A stretch of 64,000 nucleotides of DNA from Macrostomum lignano. Taxonomy: Eukaryota. Below are positions 24,201 through 36,197 of the stretch, piece after piece. Where the stretch lies: the NCBI GenBank assembly GCA_002269645.1, contig NIVC01001329.1:62001-126000 (forward strand). Direction: 5' to 3'. The notes beneath the pieces are model-generated. The model saw only the letters and a list, made by a program, of their open reading frames with translations. It searched no databases and was not told where the DNA came from. Position 1 is the stretch's first letter. Each line of letters starts with the position of its first letter. Both the position numbers and the translations under genes were made by a program.

Positions 24201-27200
24201 GAAATCATTCCTGAGCTAGAGCTGTTCCTATTGGCTGGAAAGTCGACCTTGAGCTAGAACCATTCCTATTGGCTGAGAAATCATCCCTGAGCTAGAACTG
24301 TTCCAATTGGCTGCTAATGCGATCGATCTTCAAGTACAAATATTTCATTGGCTAACAAAAACTCAAACATAGCGAGAAGAAACACGTGACTTTTGTGTTT
24401 TACCTCAAAAATTCCATTCTTCTTAGACAGCTGACCGCCCTCTATAGTCCAGAAGGTGAGCTGGTTCTTGCCGCAGGTCACAATACTGCCATTATCTAAC
24501 GGGTGGTACTCGCAGGCCAGCACAGGATCGCCAGAAGTCTTTGTCTCGGCCAGCTTGTGCGGCTTGCGCCAGTCCCAAACGGAGATCATGTGCTCGTTGG
24601 ACTCGTCTACGGCGCAGAGAAAATTGCCGCCGTCGGCTCGGCTGAAGGCCAGGCAGCACACGGCCCGCTCGAAGTCTCCGAGGCCGAGCACGTGCATGGT
24701 GGTCAGGTCCACGCTGTTCCACACTCGGACGTGTGGCTGCCGGAATCCGAGCAGTTGTTGAGGGGTTGGTGAGTCTCATTGTATGATGCCTCATTAGGTA
24801 AGTATTGTGCATCAGAGTCGCACTTGATAATTACATTAAGGATTGACTCAATGAATCAGCACACCAATGACTCAATGCATCAGCACACCAATGACTCAAT
24901 GCATCAGCACACCAATGACTCAATGCATCAGCACACCAATGACTCAATGCATCAGCACACCAATGACTCAATGCATCAGCACACCAATGACTCAATGCAT
25001 CAGCACACCAATGACTCAATGCATCAGCACACCAATGACTCAATGCATCAGCACACCAATGACTCAATGCATCAGCACACCAATGACTCAATGCATCAGC
25101 ACACCAATGACTCATGGATCAGCACACCAATGACTCAATGCATCAGCACACCAATGACTCAATGCATCAGCACACCAATGACTCAATGCATCAGCACACC
25201 AATGACTCAATGCATCAGCACACCAATGACTCAATGCATCAGCACACCAATGACTCAATGCATCAGCACACCAATGACTCAATGAATCAGCACACTAATG
25301 ACTCAATGTGTTGTGCTATCGTGCCCTTTCTCGCCCTCCTGCCCCGCCCCAACCCTCCAGTCTGCCCCATCCCTCCAATCAATAATCAATGCGTACGCCG
25401 ATCACGCCACCCCGCCCCACCTCCCCTGCTGTACCGTACATTTGTTCTTAAGTTATATTCATGTACGCGTAGGACCAATGAAAAATATATAGTCGCTGTC
25501 TGGAGGGCAGACTCCTCCCTTGCGCGCGTTGGTCCGCCTCCGTTGGCTATTGACTAAAACGACTCATCGATCTACCATAAAAAGTGCACGGCGAACTGCA
25601 TCGGCTACGGTGTGTAAGTTCGTGTTCGCGAGTTACTGTCCTTTTTCTGCTTCTCCCTAGGGCGCGGGACGGGAGCTCTGACTGGGGACCTGGGGGTCGC
25701 AGCTTCCCGACAGGTTAAAGCTGTAGGCGTTGCTCCGGAGGACGGGGCTCACAACAAATGCATCAGCACACTAATGACTCAATGCATCAGCACACCAATG
25801 ACTCAATGCATCAGCACACCAATGACTCAATGCATCAGCACACTAATGACTCAATGCATCAGCACACCAATGACTCAATGCATCAGCACACCAATGACTC
25901 AATGCATCAGCACACCAATGACTCAATGCATCAGCACACCAATGACTCAATGAATCAGCACACTAATGACTCAATGCATCAGCACACCAATGACTCAATG
26001 CATCAGCGCACCAATGACTCAATGCATCAGCACACCAATGACTCAATGCATCAGCACACCAATGACTCAATGCATCAGCACACCAATGACTCAATGCATC
26101 AGCACACCAATGACTCAATGGAATAAGTTATAAATGGCAAAAACGAATCCGAATATTTGAGACGCTACATGCTGCAAATTCAGGAAAATGGGTTTATTAA
26201 CAAGCCTAAATATTGTTTTATAGGACGGTGCGAACTTTTGACATATTTGGTGCCGCTTTTACAGAACCGCTGAGCATACACAGGTGTTATCAGCTATCTC
26301 TAGAGCAATATCGGCGCCATCTCTAGAGCAATATCGGCGCCATCTCTAAGAAAAGATCGGCGCCATCTCTTAGAAAATATCGGCGCCATCTCTAAGACAA
26401 TATAGGCGCCATCTCTAAGAAAAGATCGGCGCCATCTCTAAGACAATATCGGCACCATCTCTAGAGCAATATCGGCGCAATCTCTAGTGCAATATCGGCG
26501 TCATCTCTAGAGCAATATCGGCGCCATCTCTATGGCAATATCGGCGTCATCTCTAAGACACTATCGGCGCCATCTTTAAGGCAATATCGGCGCCATCTCT
26601 AGAGCATTATCGGTGCCATCTCTAAGACACTATCGGCGTCATCTCTAGAGCAATATCGGCGAAGGCAATATCGGCGCCATGTCTAGGGCAATATCGGCGC
26701 CATGTCTAGGGCAATATCGGCGCCATGTCTAGAGCAATATCGGCGTCATCTCTAGAGCAATATCGGCGCCATGTCTAGGGCAATATCGGCGCCATGTCTA
26801 GGGCAATATCGGCGTCATCTCTAGAGCAATATCGGCGCCATCTCTAGAGCAATATCGGCGCCATCTCTAGAGCAATATCGGCGCCATCTCTAGGGCAATA
26901 TCGGCGTCATCTATACAGCAATATCGGCGTCATCTCTAGAGCAATATCGGCGAAGGCAATATCGGCGCCATGTCTAGGGCAATATCGGCGCCATGTCTAG
27001 GGCAATATCGGCGCCATGTCTAGAGCAATATCGGCGTCATCTCTAGAGCAATATCGGCGCCATGTCTAGGGCAATATCGGCGCCATGTCTAGGGCAATAT
27101 CGGCGTCATCTCTAGAGCAATATCGGCGCCATCTCTAGAGCAATATCGGCGCCATCTCTAGAGCAATATCGGCGCCATCTCTAGGGCAATATCGGCGTCA

Positions 27201-30200
27201 TCTATACAGCAATATCGGCGCCAGCTCTAGAGCAATATCGGCGCTATCTCCACGCGACTGCTATAAATATGATAAGTAAAATGTCTAATTTTCTGTGCAA
27301 GATTAGGCTAACCTAAGAGTGCAAAATATGTTTTCAGAACTTTAGCATGCTGGATTCTCTTCTTTTTGGCTAGAAGAGAAAGACTCCAAAGCAGGCACAC
27401 TTCAAGTTACTAAGATGGTACATTTCCATGATGCTATGATGGTTAATTGCTATTCTTAAAGGTACAAACCGAACATTGCCAAGCGGTGCTCAGTGCGTCA
27501 AATTTCTGTCTCAAACTGAATGCCAAACTCTGAGCAGAAAAAAATAAGAAAAATGCTTTTTAAACTCTAAATTTATTTGTCAATGCCGATATAGAGGGGT
27601 GCTTCACAGGTATATAAGGGCGAGTCTCGGGTAGATAAGGGCGAGTCTCAGGTAGATAAGGACAAGTCTCAGGTAGATAAGGGCGACTCTCAGGAAGATA
27701 AGGGCGACTCTCAGGAAGGGCGACTCTCAGGAAGGGCGACACTCGGGTAGATAAGGGCGATTCTCAGGTAGATAAGGGCGACTCTCAGGAAGGGCGACTC
27801 TCAGGAAGGGCGACTCTCAGGAAGGGCGACTCTCAGGAAGGGCGACTCTCGGGTAGATAAGGGCGACTCTCAGGAAGGGCGACTCTCGGGTAGATAAGGG
27901 CGACTCTCAGGTAGATAAGGGTGACTTTCAGGTAGATAGGGGCGCTCTCAGGTAGATAAGGGCGACTTTCAGGTAGATAGGGGCCAGTCTCAGGTAGATA
28001 AGGGTGACTTTCAGGAAGGGCGACTCTCGGGTAGATAAGGGCGAGTCTCAGGTAGATAAGGGCGACTCTGAGGTAGATAAGGGCGAATCTCAGGTAGATA
28101 ACCCGACTCTCAGGTAGATAAGGGCGACCCTCGGGCAATTTAATAGGTCGCTGAGCACTTGTTACAAAGGAAACCACAACATACAAATACAGTATAGAAT
28201 CGATCAAGAACAAAGAAAAAACACAAAAAAATTTGTTAGCAGCCAGCCTCACCTTGCCCTGAGCCTTATCGTGCCCGGCCACCTGTCCGGTTGCTATAGT
28301 GATCTTGTCCGGATGAACGGCAATGCATTTAACGTCGTCATTGTGGCCAGTATAGTGCCTCTGCATGCCCTCTTCAACGTTGTGAAGCACGACCACGCTG
28401 GCTATGAAGTAGACCATCTCGCCAGTGGGCAGAGAGTACAAGTTGGAGCGGCAGTCCCGGCCGCGGTAGCCGTAGGCCCACTCCAGTTTGAGCTTCTCCG
28501 CGGGTGGCTCGGCCGGCTCAACTTGTTGAACGTCGCGAAGCTGCTCAACAAGATCCGATGGAGCGTACAGATTCAAAGGCCGGCCGCGCAGGTGCATTCG
28601 GATGACGCCGTCCTCTGATAGTTTTTTGTTGAGTAGCAGCATAATGAACAATAAAATGCTCAAGTTTTGCTTTTTATATGCCTAACGTAAGAGTAATAGA
28701 ATTTCATACGAATAAAATAAAAATAATTAAATTGTATTAAGTACTCTACTCATAGTAGAAATATAAGAAATTACTTGATACAGAAACAATAAAACCGCCT
28801 GCAAATGTACTGTAGTATCTACTATTAGTAACAATATTAGTTTTCTTTTCCTTTTGGTGTTTACAAAAGTACTCACCTTTTGACCAGACCGACTCCTTGA
28901 CGCTGGAAATTTGTTTGAAGGTTGGTTGGAATTGAGGTTAGTGATGACCGAAAAAATTTGCTGGGATTAAGTAAGTATTTTATAATATGGATTTAATCAT
29001 ATTGAAGTACCATATAAAAATTTCAAGAGATTTTGATTTCTGGAATGTGAAAAAGCATCATGAAGATCCTGAAGCATCATGAAGGTCCTGAAGTATCATG
29101 AAGGTCCTGAAGCATCATGAAGGTCCTGAAGCATTATGAAGGTCCTGAAGCATCATTAAGGTCCTGAAGGTACTGTACTGAAGTAGGAAGACTGAATAGC
29201 ATCAAGTTTCATAAAGATCATGAAGTACGAATCACCATAAAGTTCTTAAAAATCGTAAATGCCAGAAGTGCGAACTAATCATTAATATTAATAATCTTGT
29301 AATAAGCATCACTAGAAATTAATGACAGAATTTGATAAAAAAATCTGCTGAAAACTGACTATATAATTTTTACGCCAGAATAAACTCGATTAAGAGTCCT
29401 AATGCAATTTTAAAGCATCTACACTACGAGTATAGCAGACAATCCTAAATATTACCAACCGTTGCTTAGCAACCGGCTTAGCCAACGATTTCCCAGCATA
29501 ACCGCCAACAGTGGGTATGCATAGCAGTGAATTGGTTCGAACCGACAATTGCTGGCTGGCAGAACGAATAGGGCAGAAAATTTACTTCAAAATTTAAAGA
29601 ATTCAACTTTGTTAAGATCAACTAAAAAAGTACGTAAATAAAATGCTAATAACCCTACTCACAGTAGATAAATGTAAAAACCTAGGATTTTTTCCTAAAA
29701 AAAATATATAAATCCTCAAGTAAAAATGTTTATATTTCTACTCACAGTAGCTGGATAAGAAAAATGCGTTTTCCTTAAAAATATAACGTAGAAACGCTTA
29801 TACTTCTACTTAAAGTAGATCGATTAGAAAAAAGTGCATTTTTTTCTCAAAAAATTAAAGCAGAAATCTGTCTAGTCCTCACCTTGAGCCGTGAGAGGCC
29901 GTCTGCTGCTGCGACTGCTCTGTTGAGCCTCGGACGGACGAGCCGCGACCGCCGGCGCCCGGACGAGGCGACGCCGGGCCCACACCGGTCGAATGGGCGC
30001 CGCTGCTTGATTTGCGACCACCGCCGGAAGGCGAAGACAAAGCGGACGACTGCGACGGCTGGTCCGACCGGGTCGGCTTGCGGACCATCGGCGCCGACTG
30101 CGGCTTCCGGCCTGGCTTCGCCGAGCCGCTGGCAGAGTGCTTGGCGCCGGCTCCCGCTCCGCCTGCCGACTTGGGCGAAGCTGCCGAGTGCACAGCTGCG

Positions 30201-33200
30201 GAGATTTGAGAGGGCCGCTGAGACCGCTGTGGGGTCCTTTGGCGCACCTCACATTTACAGTGATTGTTGCTACCCTTCAGTGCCTGCCACCAGCCCTGAC
30301 CCTTCAGCGCCTGCCACCAGCCCTGATCCTTCAGCGCCTGCCACCAGCCCTGATCCTTCAGCGCCTGCCACCAGCCCTGATCCTTCAGTGCCTGCCACCA
30401 GCCCTGACCCTTCAGTGCCTGCCACCAGCCCTGACCCTTCAGTGCCTGCCACCAGCCCTGATCCTTCAGTGCCTGCCACCAGCCCTGACCCTTCAGTGCC
30501 TGCCACCAGCCCTGACCCTTCAGCGCCTGCCACCATCCCTGATCTTTCAGTGCCTGCCACCAGCCCTGACCCTTCAGTGCCTGCCACCAGCCCTGTGTCA
30601 GTCTCCCATACAGGATAAAAAGCCGCCATGCAAGCTCGCACAGCACTGCAGCCCCACAGATACCGAAAATCAAGTTATAATTGGCAGTGACGCCTCCAGC
30701 TTAGAGGAGGAAATCAAGAACCGCAAATGTTTCCCTTCTTTTAGGAGCAATTGAAAAGCAACCCTGTTGTTATTAAGCCAGCTTAATAATCCAAACTTCT
30801 TTACTGGGAAATTATTTAAAAATTACAACATAAATATAATTGGTTGCAAAAACTCAAAATGCAGATAAAGTGCAGAGTAGTCAAAGCTAGCAAATCAAAG
30901 TACATATAAAACTAATAATATTGGCAACAACAACAAGTTGGGGCACTAATTTGATAGACAGTTGGACGGCTGAAATGGAACAATGGTTGTAAAAAATGGT
31001 TGAGTTATGATTGGCGGAATTAATAACTGGATCGGTCATTCAAATGACCAGTATGGAAAGTGCGTTATCCACTACTTCAACTGTGACTATTGAGTAGTAT
31101 GTTCTAGGAACTATCTATAGCTAGGAAAGAGAGTGGGAGAGGTGAAGACTAGGGAGAAAGGGAGAGGGAAAAGGAGAGGAAGAGAGGGAGAAAGAGAGGG
31201 AGGCTGAGAGAGGAAGAGGGAGTCGGAGAGAGAGAGGAGGGAGGCGGGGAGAGGGAAAGGGAGGGGGAAAGAGGGATAGGGAGGGGGAGAGAGCTACGGA
31301 GGTGGAGAGAGGAAAAATGGAGGAGAGGGAGAGGGAGGTGAAGAGAGGGATAGGGAGGCGGAGAGAGGGATAGGGAGGCGGAGAGAGGGATAGGGAGGCG
31401 GAGAGAGGGATAGGGAGGAGGAGAGAGGGATAGGGAGGCGGAGAGAGGGATAGGGAGGCGGAGAGAGGGATAGGGAGGAGGAGAGAGGGATAGGGAGGAG
31501 GAGAGAGGGATAGGGAGGAGAGAGGGATAGGGAGGAGAGAGGGATAGGGAGGAGAGAGGGATAGGGAGGCGGAGAGAGGGATAGGGAGGCGGAGAGAGGG
31601 ATAGGGAGGCGGAGAGAGGGATAGGGAGGCGGAGAGAGGGATAGGGAGGCGGAGAGAGGGATAGGGAGGCGGAGAGAGGGATAGGGAGGCGGAGAGAGGG
31701 ATAGGGAGGCGGAGAGAGGGATAGGGAGGAGGAGAGAGGGATAGGGAGGAGGAGAGAGGGATAGGGAGGAGGAGAGAGGGATAGGGAGGAGGAGAGAGGG
31801 ATAGGGAGGAGGAGAGAGGGATAGGGAGGCGGAGAGAGGGATAGGGAGGAGGAGAGAGGGATCAATCGGCTCAATATTAATGTGAAAGTGAATCCTTCCA
31901 TTGAACTAGAGAATTACAATACAGACAAAGCCATTAGATGAGCTCAACACGGGCCGCACCAAGCAGCTCCACACGAACTAAAAAATCCATGCAGTTCAGC
32001 AACTCACCCAGCGAATTGGTGGCCACGGCACCCGACGGCGACAAAGTAAGGCTGGCGTTGGCGGGCGCTACAGACAGGCGATTATAATTGGGTGCAGCTG
32101 GCGAGAACCCACCTTTGCTGGTTTCCACGCTGGCCAGACGGCGGAGGCAGTCCGACAGAGCAGAGCGAAGGCAGACCAGCTCGTCAGCCTGGGACTGCAC
32201 GCGCTGTTCCAGATCGCCAACCCGATCGCGCAGCTCGCTGTTCTCCTGGCTGAGCAGGCCGTCAAAGGTGAACTCTATGGTCAGGGTTATAAGGAAATTG
32301 ACTTTTTAAACCTCACTTCCCTATTGTCAGGCATATATCTGGGGTTGGCTCTTATAGGCCAATTAAACATAAATATGGCCAAGCATAGGAACTCAAACCC
32401 TGAGGCAAAAGTCAAACACATTTATTTCTACTAGGCTAATCTGTCTAACAAGTTTTCTTTGTTAGCCAAAATTATTGCTTTGAATTTATTTATTATCAAT
32501 TATTTAATAGTTAAGACCTTATATATTCTTAAATATTAAAATATTATCTAATGATTCTTATCTTTATTTGTTGCATTGCTTTTTGTAAATATGATCAAAC
32601 AGCTTTCAAATTAATAATTATTTCAAATAGATTTTAATACTAATTTACTTAGCTAGGTAATTTAATTAATCAAATCAAGTAGAATTTTCATGATTTTTTT
32701 TCAAATTTTAATTAAAATAATACATTTTATAGAAAAATGGCTTTACCAAAGGTGAACCCTAAAAAATGTAAATTAAACCGATCGATATATTATGGATACT
32801 ATCTCAATACACAAATACTGATATACTCATAGCAAGCAAAATGAGAGGGTAAAATTTTTACAATACTGCAATTTATACCTCAACAAACTTACAACCAAAA
32901 AAGCATAAAAAACGACAACACCATGTATGAATGAACAAACTAAAGAAGAAACTTAAGGTCACAGTTACAGTTAAGTTACAGACAATAAAATAGTAGAATT
33001 TCACTCTCTGTAATTTAAGAAAGTCTGCTACTAAATGCACTTACTAATTCCTTGGCTAGTAGCACTATCGTCTAGCTGTTTACCCGCATTTTCCTGACTA
33101 GCTGTAGATGCATCCATTACTGTAAATTATAGTTAAAAATATTGCACAAATTGGAAATAAGACCGTGGTCTTATCAGTTTCTAACTATTGTAAATCTGAA

Positions 33201-33973
33201 TGTGATAATAGCTGGCTTATACAATTTATTTTCGTGTAAATTATCAATTTTAAAATCATACTGACGCAGTCCGGAGAGAAGAGACTAATCAGTTAAACAA
33301 CTAGTACTGGCAATAAGGCCAATAATCATTACTAAAAAGTATAGAAAAGTTACTGAACTTTTGTTGTAAAGCCAGAAGTTTAGATAAATCTCTTTTCGTT
33401 AAAATCGTTGGCAATGCATTTAGAGCATGCTTAGATTAATGGGCGTTGAGTTTGTAATTTATTTAGCAAGCATGATGTCCATGAAGTTATTTGGCCGCGG
33501 AATTTACCTCATCATTTTTTAAAGGAACTACTTTTATTATGCTTCTTTTTTTTCTTTGATTCCCCATCCTCTAGTCATCATGACGTTGCCAATGCAATAA
33601 CGTATGCATGCTTATATGGTACTTGTAAATCCATATGTACAATTTCGCAGAAATTGCAGGGTGTAAATTGATTAGCACTACATATTTGGGTTAGACTTTT
33701 CAAGGGGTCCTTAAATTTAACAGAGGTTCTATATATGCATCGTCGTAAAATGTTGAATTCTGCAGAACACTGATATGTAAAATAAGACGCATGCATAAAT
33801 GCATATTAAAAAATATGCTCACCAGTTGACAGCCCATTCACACGCAATCCACCGGGAGAGAAGACGAACACATCGTCAGCTGGTGCATGAGAGGAAGCGC
33901 TGTTTGGCACAGCTGCTGCAGCCTGTTCCAAATGATCGTATTGCGGCTGTTGCTGACGACTCAACGAGCTCAT
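21228..33973 (-). CDS. EML: Echinoderm microtubule-associated protein-like (EML1-4 type): trimerisation coiled coil, HELP motif, WD40 TAPE domain; 9 exons, 886 aa
   Basis: Exons 33973-33823, 32274-32008, 30195-29883, 28902-28877, 28614-28253, 24736-24404, 23937-23593, 23035-22711, 21766-21228 sum to 2661 nt in frame. LRDRVGDLEQRVQSQADELVCLRSALSDCLRRL (coiled coil), MHLRGRP...LKLEWAYGYRGRDCRSNL (HELP), GHSSFVTHLDWS, WPEGADGTDVN, GHSSHVANVRF. Paralog assignment not possible by eye. Confidence 0.95.
21785..22700. repeat. 33-37-bp minisatellite (GGGGGTAGATAAGCGCCAATTAAATCAGCAGGAATA), EML intron 8
   Basis: Direct reading. Confidence 0.95.
23100..23535. repeat. 18-bp minisatellite (TTCACCAACACCATCCTG), EML intron 7
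   Basis: Direct reading. Confidence 0.95.
23990..24310. repeat. ~38-bp minisatellite with an ATTGG (CCAAT) core, EML intron 6
   Basis: Unit CTAGAACTGTTCCTATTGGCTGAGAAATCATCCCTGAG. Confidence 0.88.
24848..26120. repeat. 24-bp minisatellite (GCATCAGCACACCAATGACTCAAT) split by the solo LTR, EML intron 5
   Basis: Two blocks, 24848-25308 and 25757-26120. Confidence 0.96.
25309..25756. mobile_element. Solo LTR (448 bp) with 4-bp TSD, inserted in a 24-bp minisatellite
   Basis: Termini TGTTGTG...CACAACA (7-bp inverted, TG...CA); AATG duplicated on both sides (25305-25308, 25757-25760); the repeat resumes in register afterwards. Confidence 0.82.
26295..27250. repeat. 23-bp minisatellite (CTAGAGCAATATCGGCGCCATCT) with a ~291-bp higher-order duplication, EML intron 5
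   Basis: The irregular junction CGGCGAAGGCAATA recurs at ~26660 and ~26951. Confidence 0.93.
27600..28140. repeat. 21/16-bp minisatellite (CAGGTAGATAAGGGCGACTCT / CAGGAAGGGCGACTCT), EML intron 5
   Basis: Direct reading. Confidence 0.92.
29055..29170. repeat. 19-bp repeat (AAGGTCCTGAAGCATCATG), EML intron 3
   Basis: About 6 copies. Confidence 0.85.
30275..30600. repeat. 27-bp minisatellite (CCCTTCAGTGCCTGCCACCAGCCCTGA), EML intron 2
   Basis: Direct reading. Confidence 0.93.
31130..31860. repeat. 20-bp polypurine minisatellite (GGAGAGAGGGATAGGGAGGC/A), EML intron 2
   Basis: Direct reading. Confidence 0.94.
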
Positions 33974-34983
33974 GACTGCGCGTGAACCAATCAATCTTAT
34001 GTTTTCGGAAAGCACAGTTTCATTCGATAATTCAACCCAAAATCTACTTTGCCACAAAATTAAAACAACTGGAACGAGTGGCTGTGGAAAAAAAGACAAA
34101 TAATAATGGCCTGCTGTTTTCACAGAGAACTCGATCTGTGGTTTTTTGTGTCGAGGTAAAGCACTATATATACACACTTATCATGAGCAACTGCTTGCGT
34201 TTACTACAGCATATATAGGAGCGAAGCTCGACGAGGCCAGCTCAACTGTTTACCTATGCACGAAGCTCCCACCCCTCTCTCTCTCTAAACTCACTCGCTC
34301 ATTCAGCTGCTTCAATTGAAAAGCATTCCGAAAAATAGGATGGCCATCACGCTTCCAAGCTTGTTTTTCAAGGCAGAGAAAGAGAGAAGAAACAGCGGGA
34401 GGTTGATGACCCAGTGCGAGTTGAGCAGATAAAAACTAGCAAAAAGTTTTTTCTCCACTCAAATATTTAGTAGCAAAGAAAATTGTACTAATAGTACAAC
34501 TGCGCTTATAATCGTTTTACTGCTTTAGGGGTAATTTAACTTCCTAATTCACTAAAAAGCTATACAATACAAGAGAATTATAATTTCAGCCAGAGCTGAA
34601 TCTTGAACAATTCTCATGATAATTAAATCAGATCGTTGTAGCTATAGGTGGCATACTGAAGGTGTTCTATTTTTCCTGTCCAAATTACTAAAAGTAGTAT
34701 GATTCATTGTGAAGGCGAAATTAAACGTAAACAGTGGCTTATTTAAACACATAAAAATGAAAACGGAAAACGAAATACAAAGAGTACAATTAATTTTGAT
34801 ATAAATGCCAAATGGTACTGTTGTTCTCGTATTTACACTGCAATCCTGTATTTATTAACAAAGCTTACTGCAAATAGCTCAGTAAATTAGATTCAAACAA
34901 AGTGAAAATTGCTTTTTTACGAGTTTTTACAGAGTTAAAGAAAGTCACACATTTTTATGTAAATACTAAGGGCAACTTTAAAT

Positions 34984-36170
34984 GTCACGTGACCATTTGT
35001 AGATTAATATGATTCTTGACACACACACCAGCTAGAAAGTCACGTGACCATTTGTAGATTAATATGATTCTTGACACACACACCAGCTAGAAAGTCACGT
35101 GACCATTTGTAGATTAATATGATTCTTGACACACACACACACACCAGCTAGAAAGTCACGTGACCATTTGTAGATTAATGATTCTTGACACACAACAGCT
35201 AGAAAGTCATGTGACCATTTGTAGACTAATGATTCTTGACACACACCAGCTAGAAAGTCACGTGACCATTTGCAGATTAATGATTCTTGACACACAACAG
35301 CTAGAAAGTCACGTGACCATTTTTAGATTAATATGATTCTTGACACACACACACCAGCTAGAAAGTCACGTGACCATTTGTAGATTAATGATTCTTGACA
35401 CACACACCAGCTAGAAAGTCACGTGACCATTTGTAGATTAATGATTCTTGACACACAACAGCTAGAAAGTCATGTGACCATTTGTAGACTAATGATTCTT
35501 GACACACACCAGCTAGAAAGTCACGTGACCATTTGTAGATTAATGATTCTTGACACACAACAGCTAGAAAGTCACGTGACCATTTTTAGATTAATATGAT
35601 TCTTGACACACACACACCAGCTAGAAAGTCACGTGACCATTTGTAGATTAATGATTCTTGACACACACACCAGCTAGAAAGTCACGTGACCATTTGTAGA
35701 TTAATGATTCTTGACACACAACAGCTAGAAAGTCATGTGACCATTTGTAGACTAATGATTCTTGACACACACCAGCTAGAAAGTCACGTGACCATTTGTA
35801 GATTAATGATTCTTGACACACAACAGCTAGAAAGTCACGTGACCATTTTTAGATTAATATGATTCTTGACACACACACGCCAGCTAGAAAGTCACGTGAC
35901 CTTTGACACACACCAGCTAGAAAGTCACGTGACCATTTGTAGATTAATATGATTCTTGACACACACACCAGCTAGAAAGTCACGTGACCATTTGTAGATT
36001 AATATGATTCTTGACACACGCACCAGCTAGAACGTCACGTGATTATTTGTAGATTAATATGATTCTTGACACACGCCAGTTAGAAAGTCACGTGATCAGT
36101 AAAAATTCACTCTGACCACGTGACGTGGCCAGTTAGAAATGTCACATAAAGGCCAGACAGAAAGTCACGT
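34984..36170. repeat. ~52-bp minisatellite whose units carry the palindrome GTCACGTGAC, between KIN17 and EML
   Basis: Unit CACACACCAGCTAGAAAGTCACGTGACCATTTGTAGATTAATATGATTCTTGA; ~263-bp higher-order period (GTCATGTGAC variant at ~35205, ~35469, ~35732). Confidence 0.95.
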
Positions 36171-36197
36171 GAGCGGGACACCAGCGGCACAAGGGAA

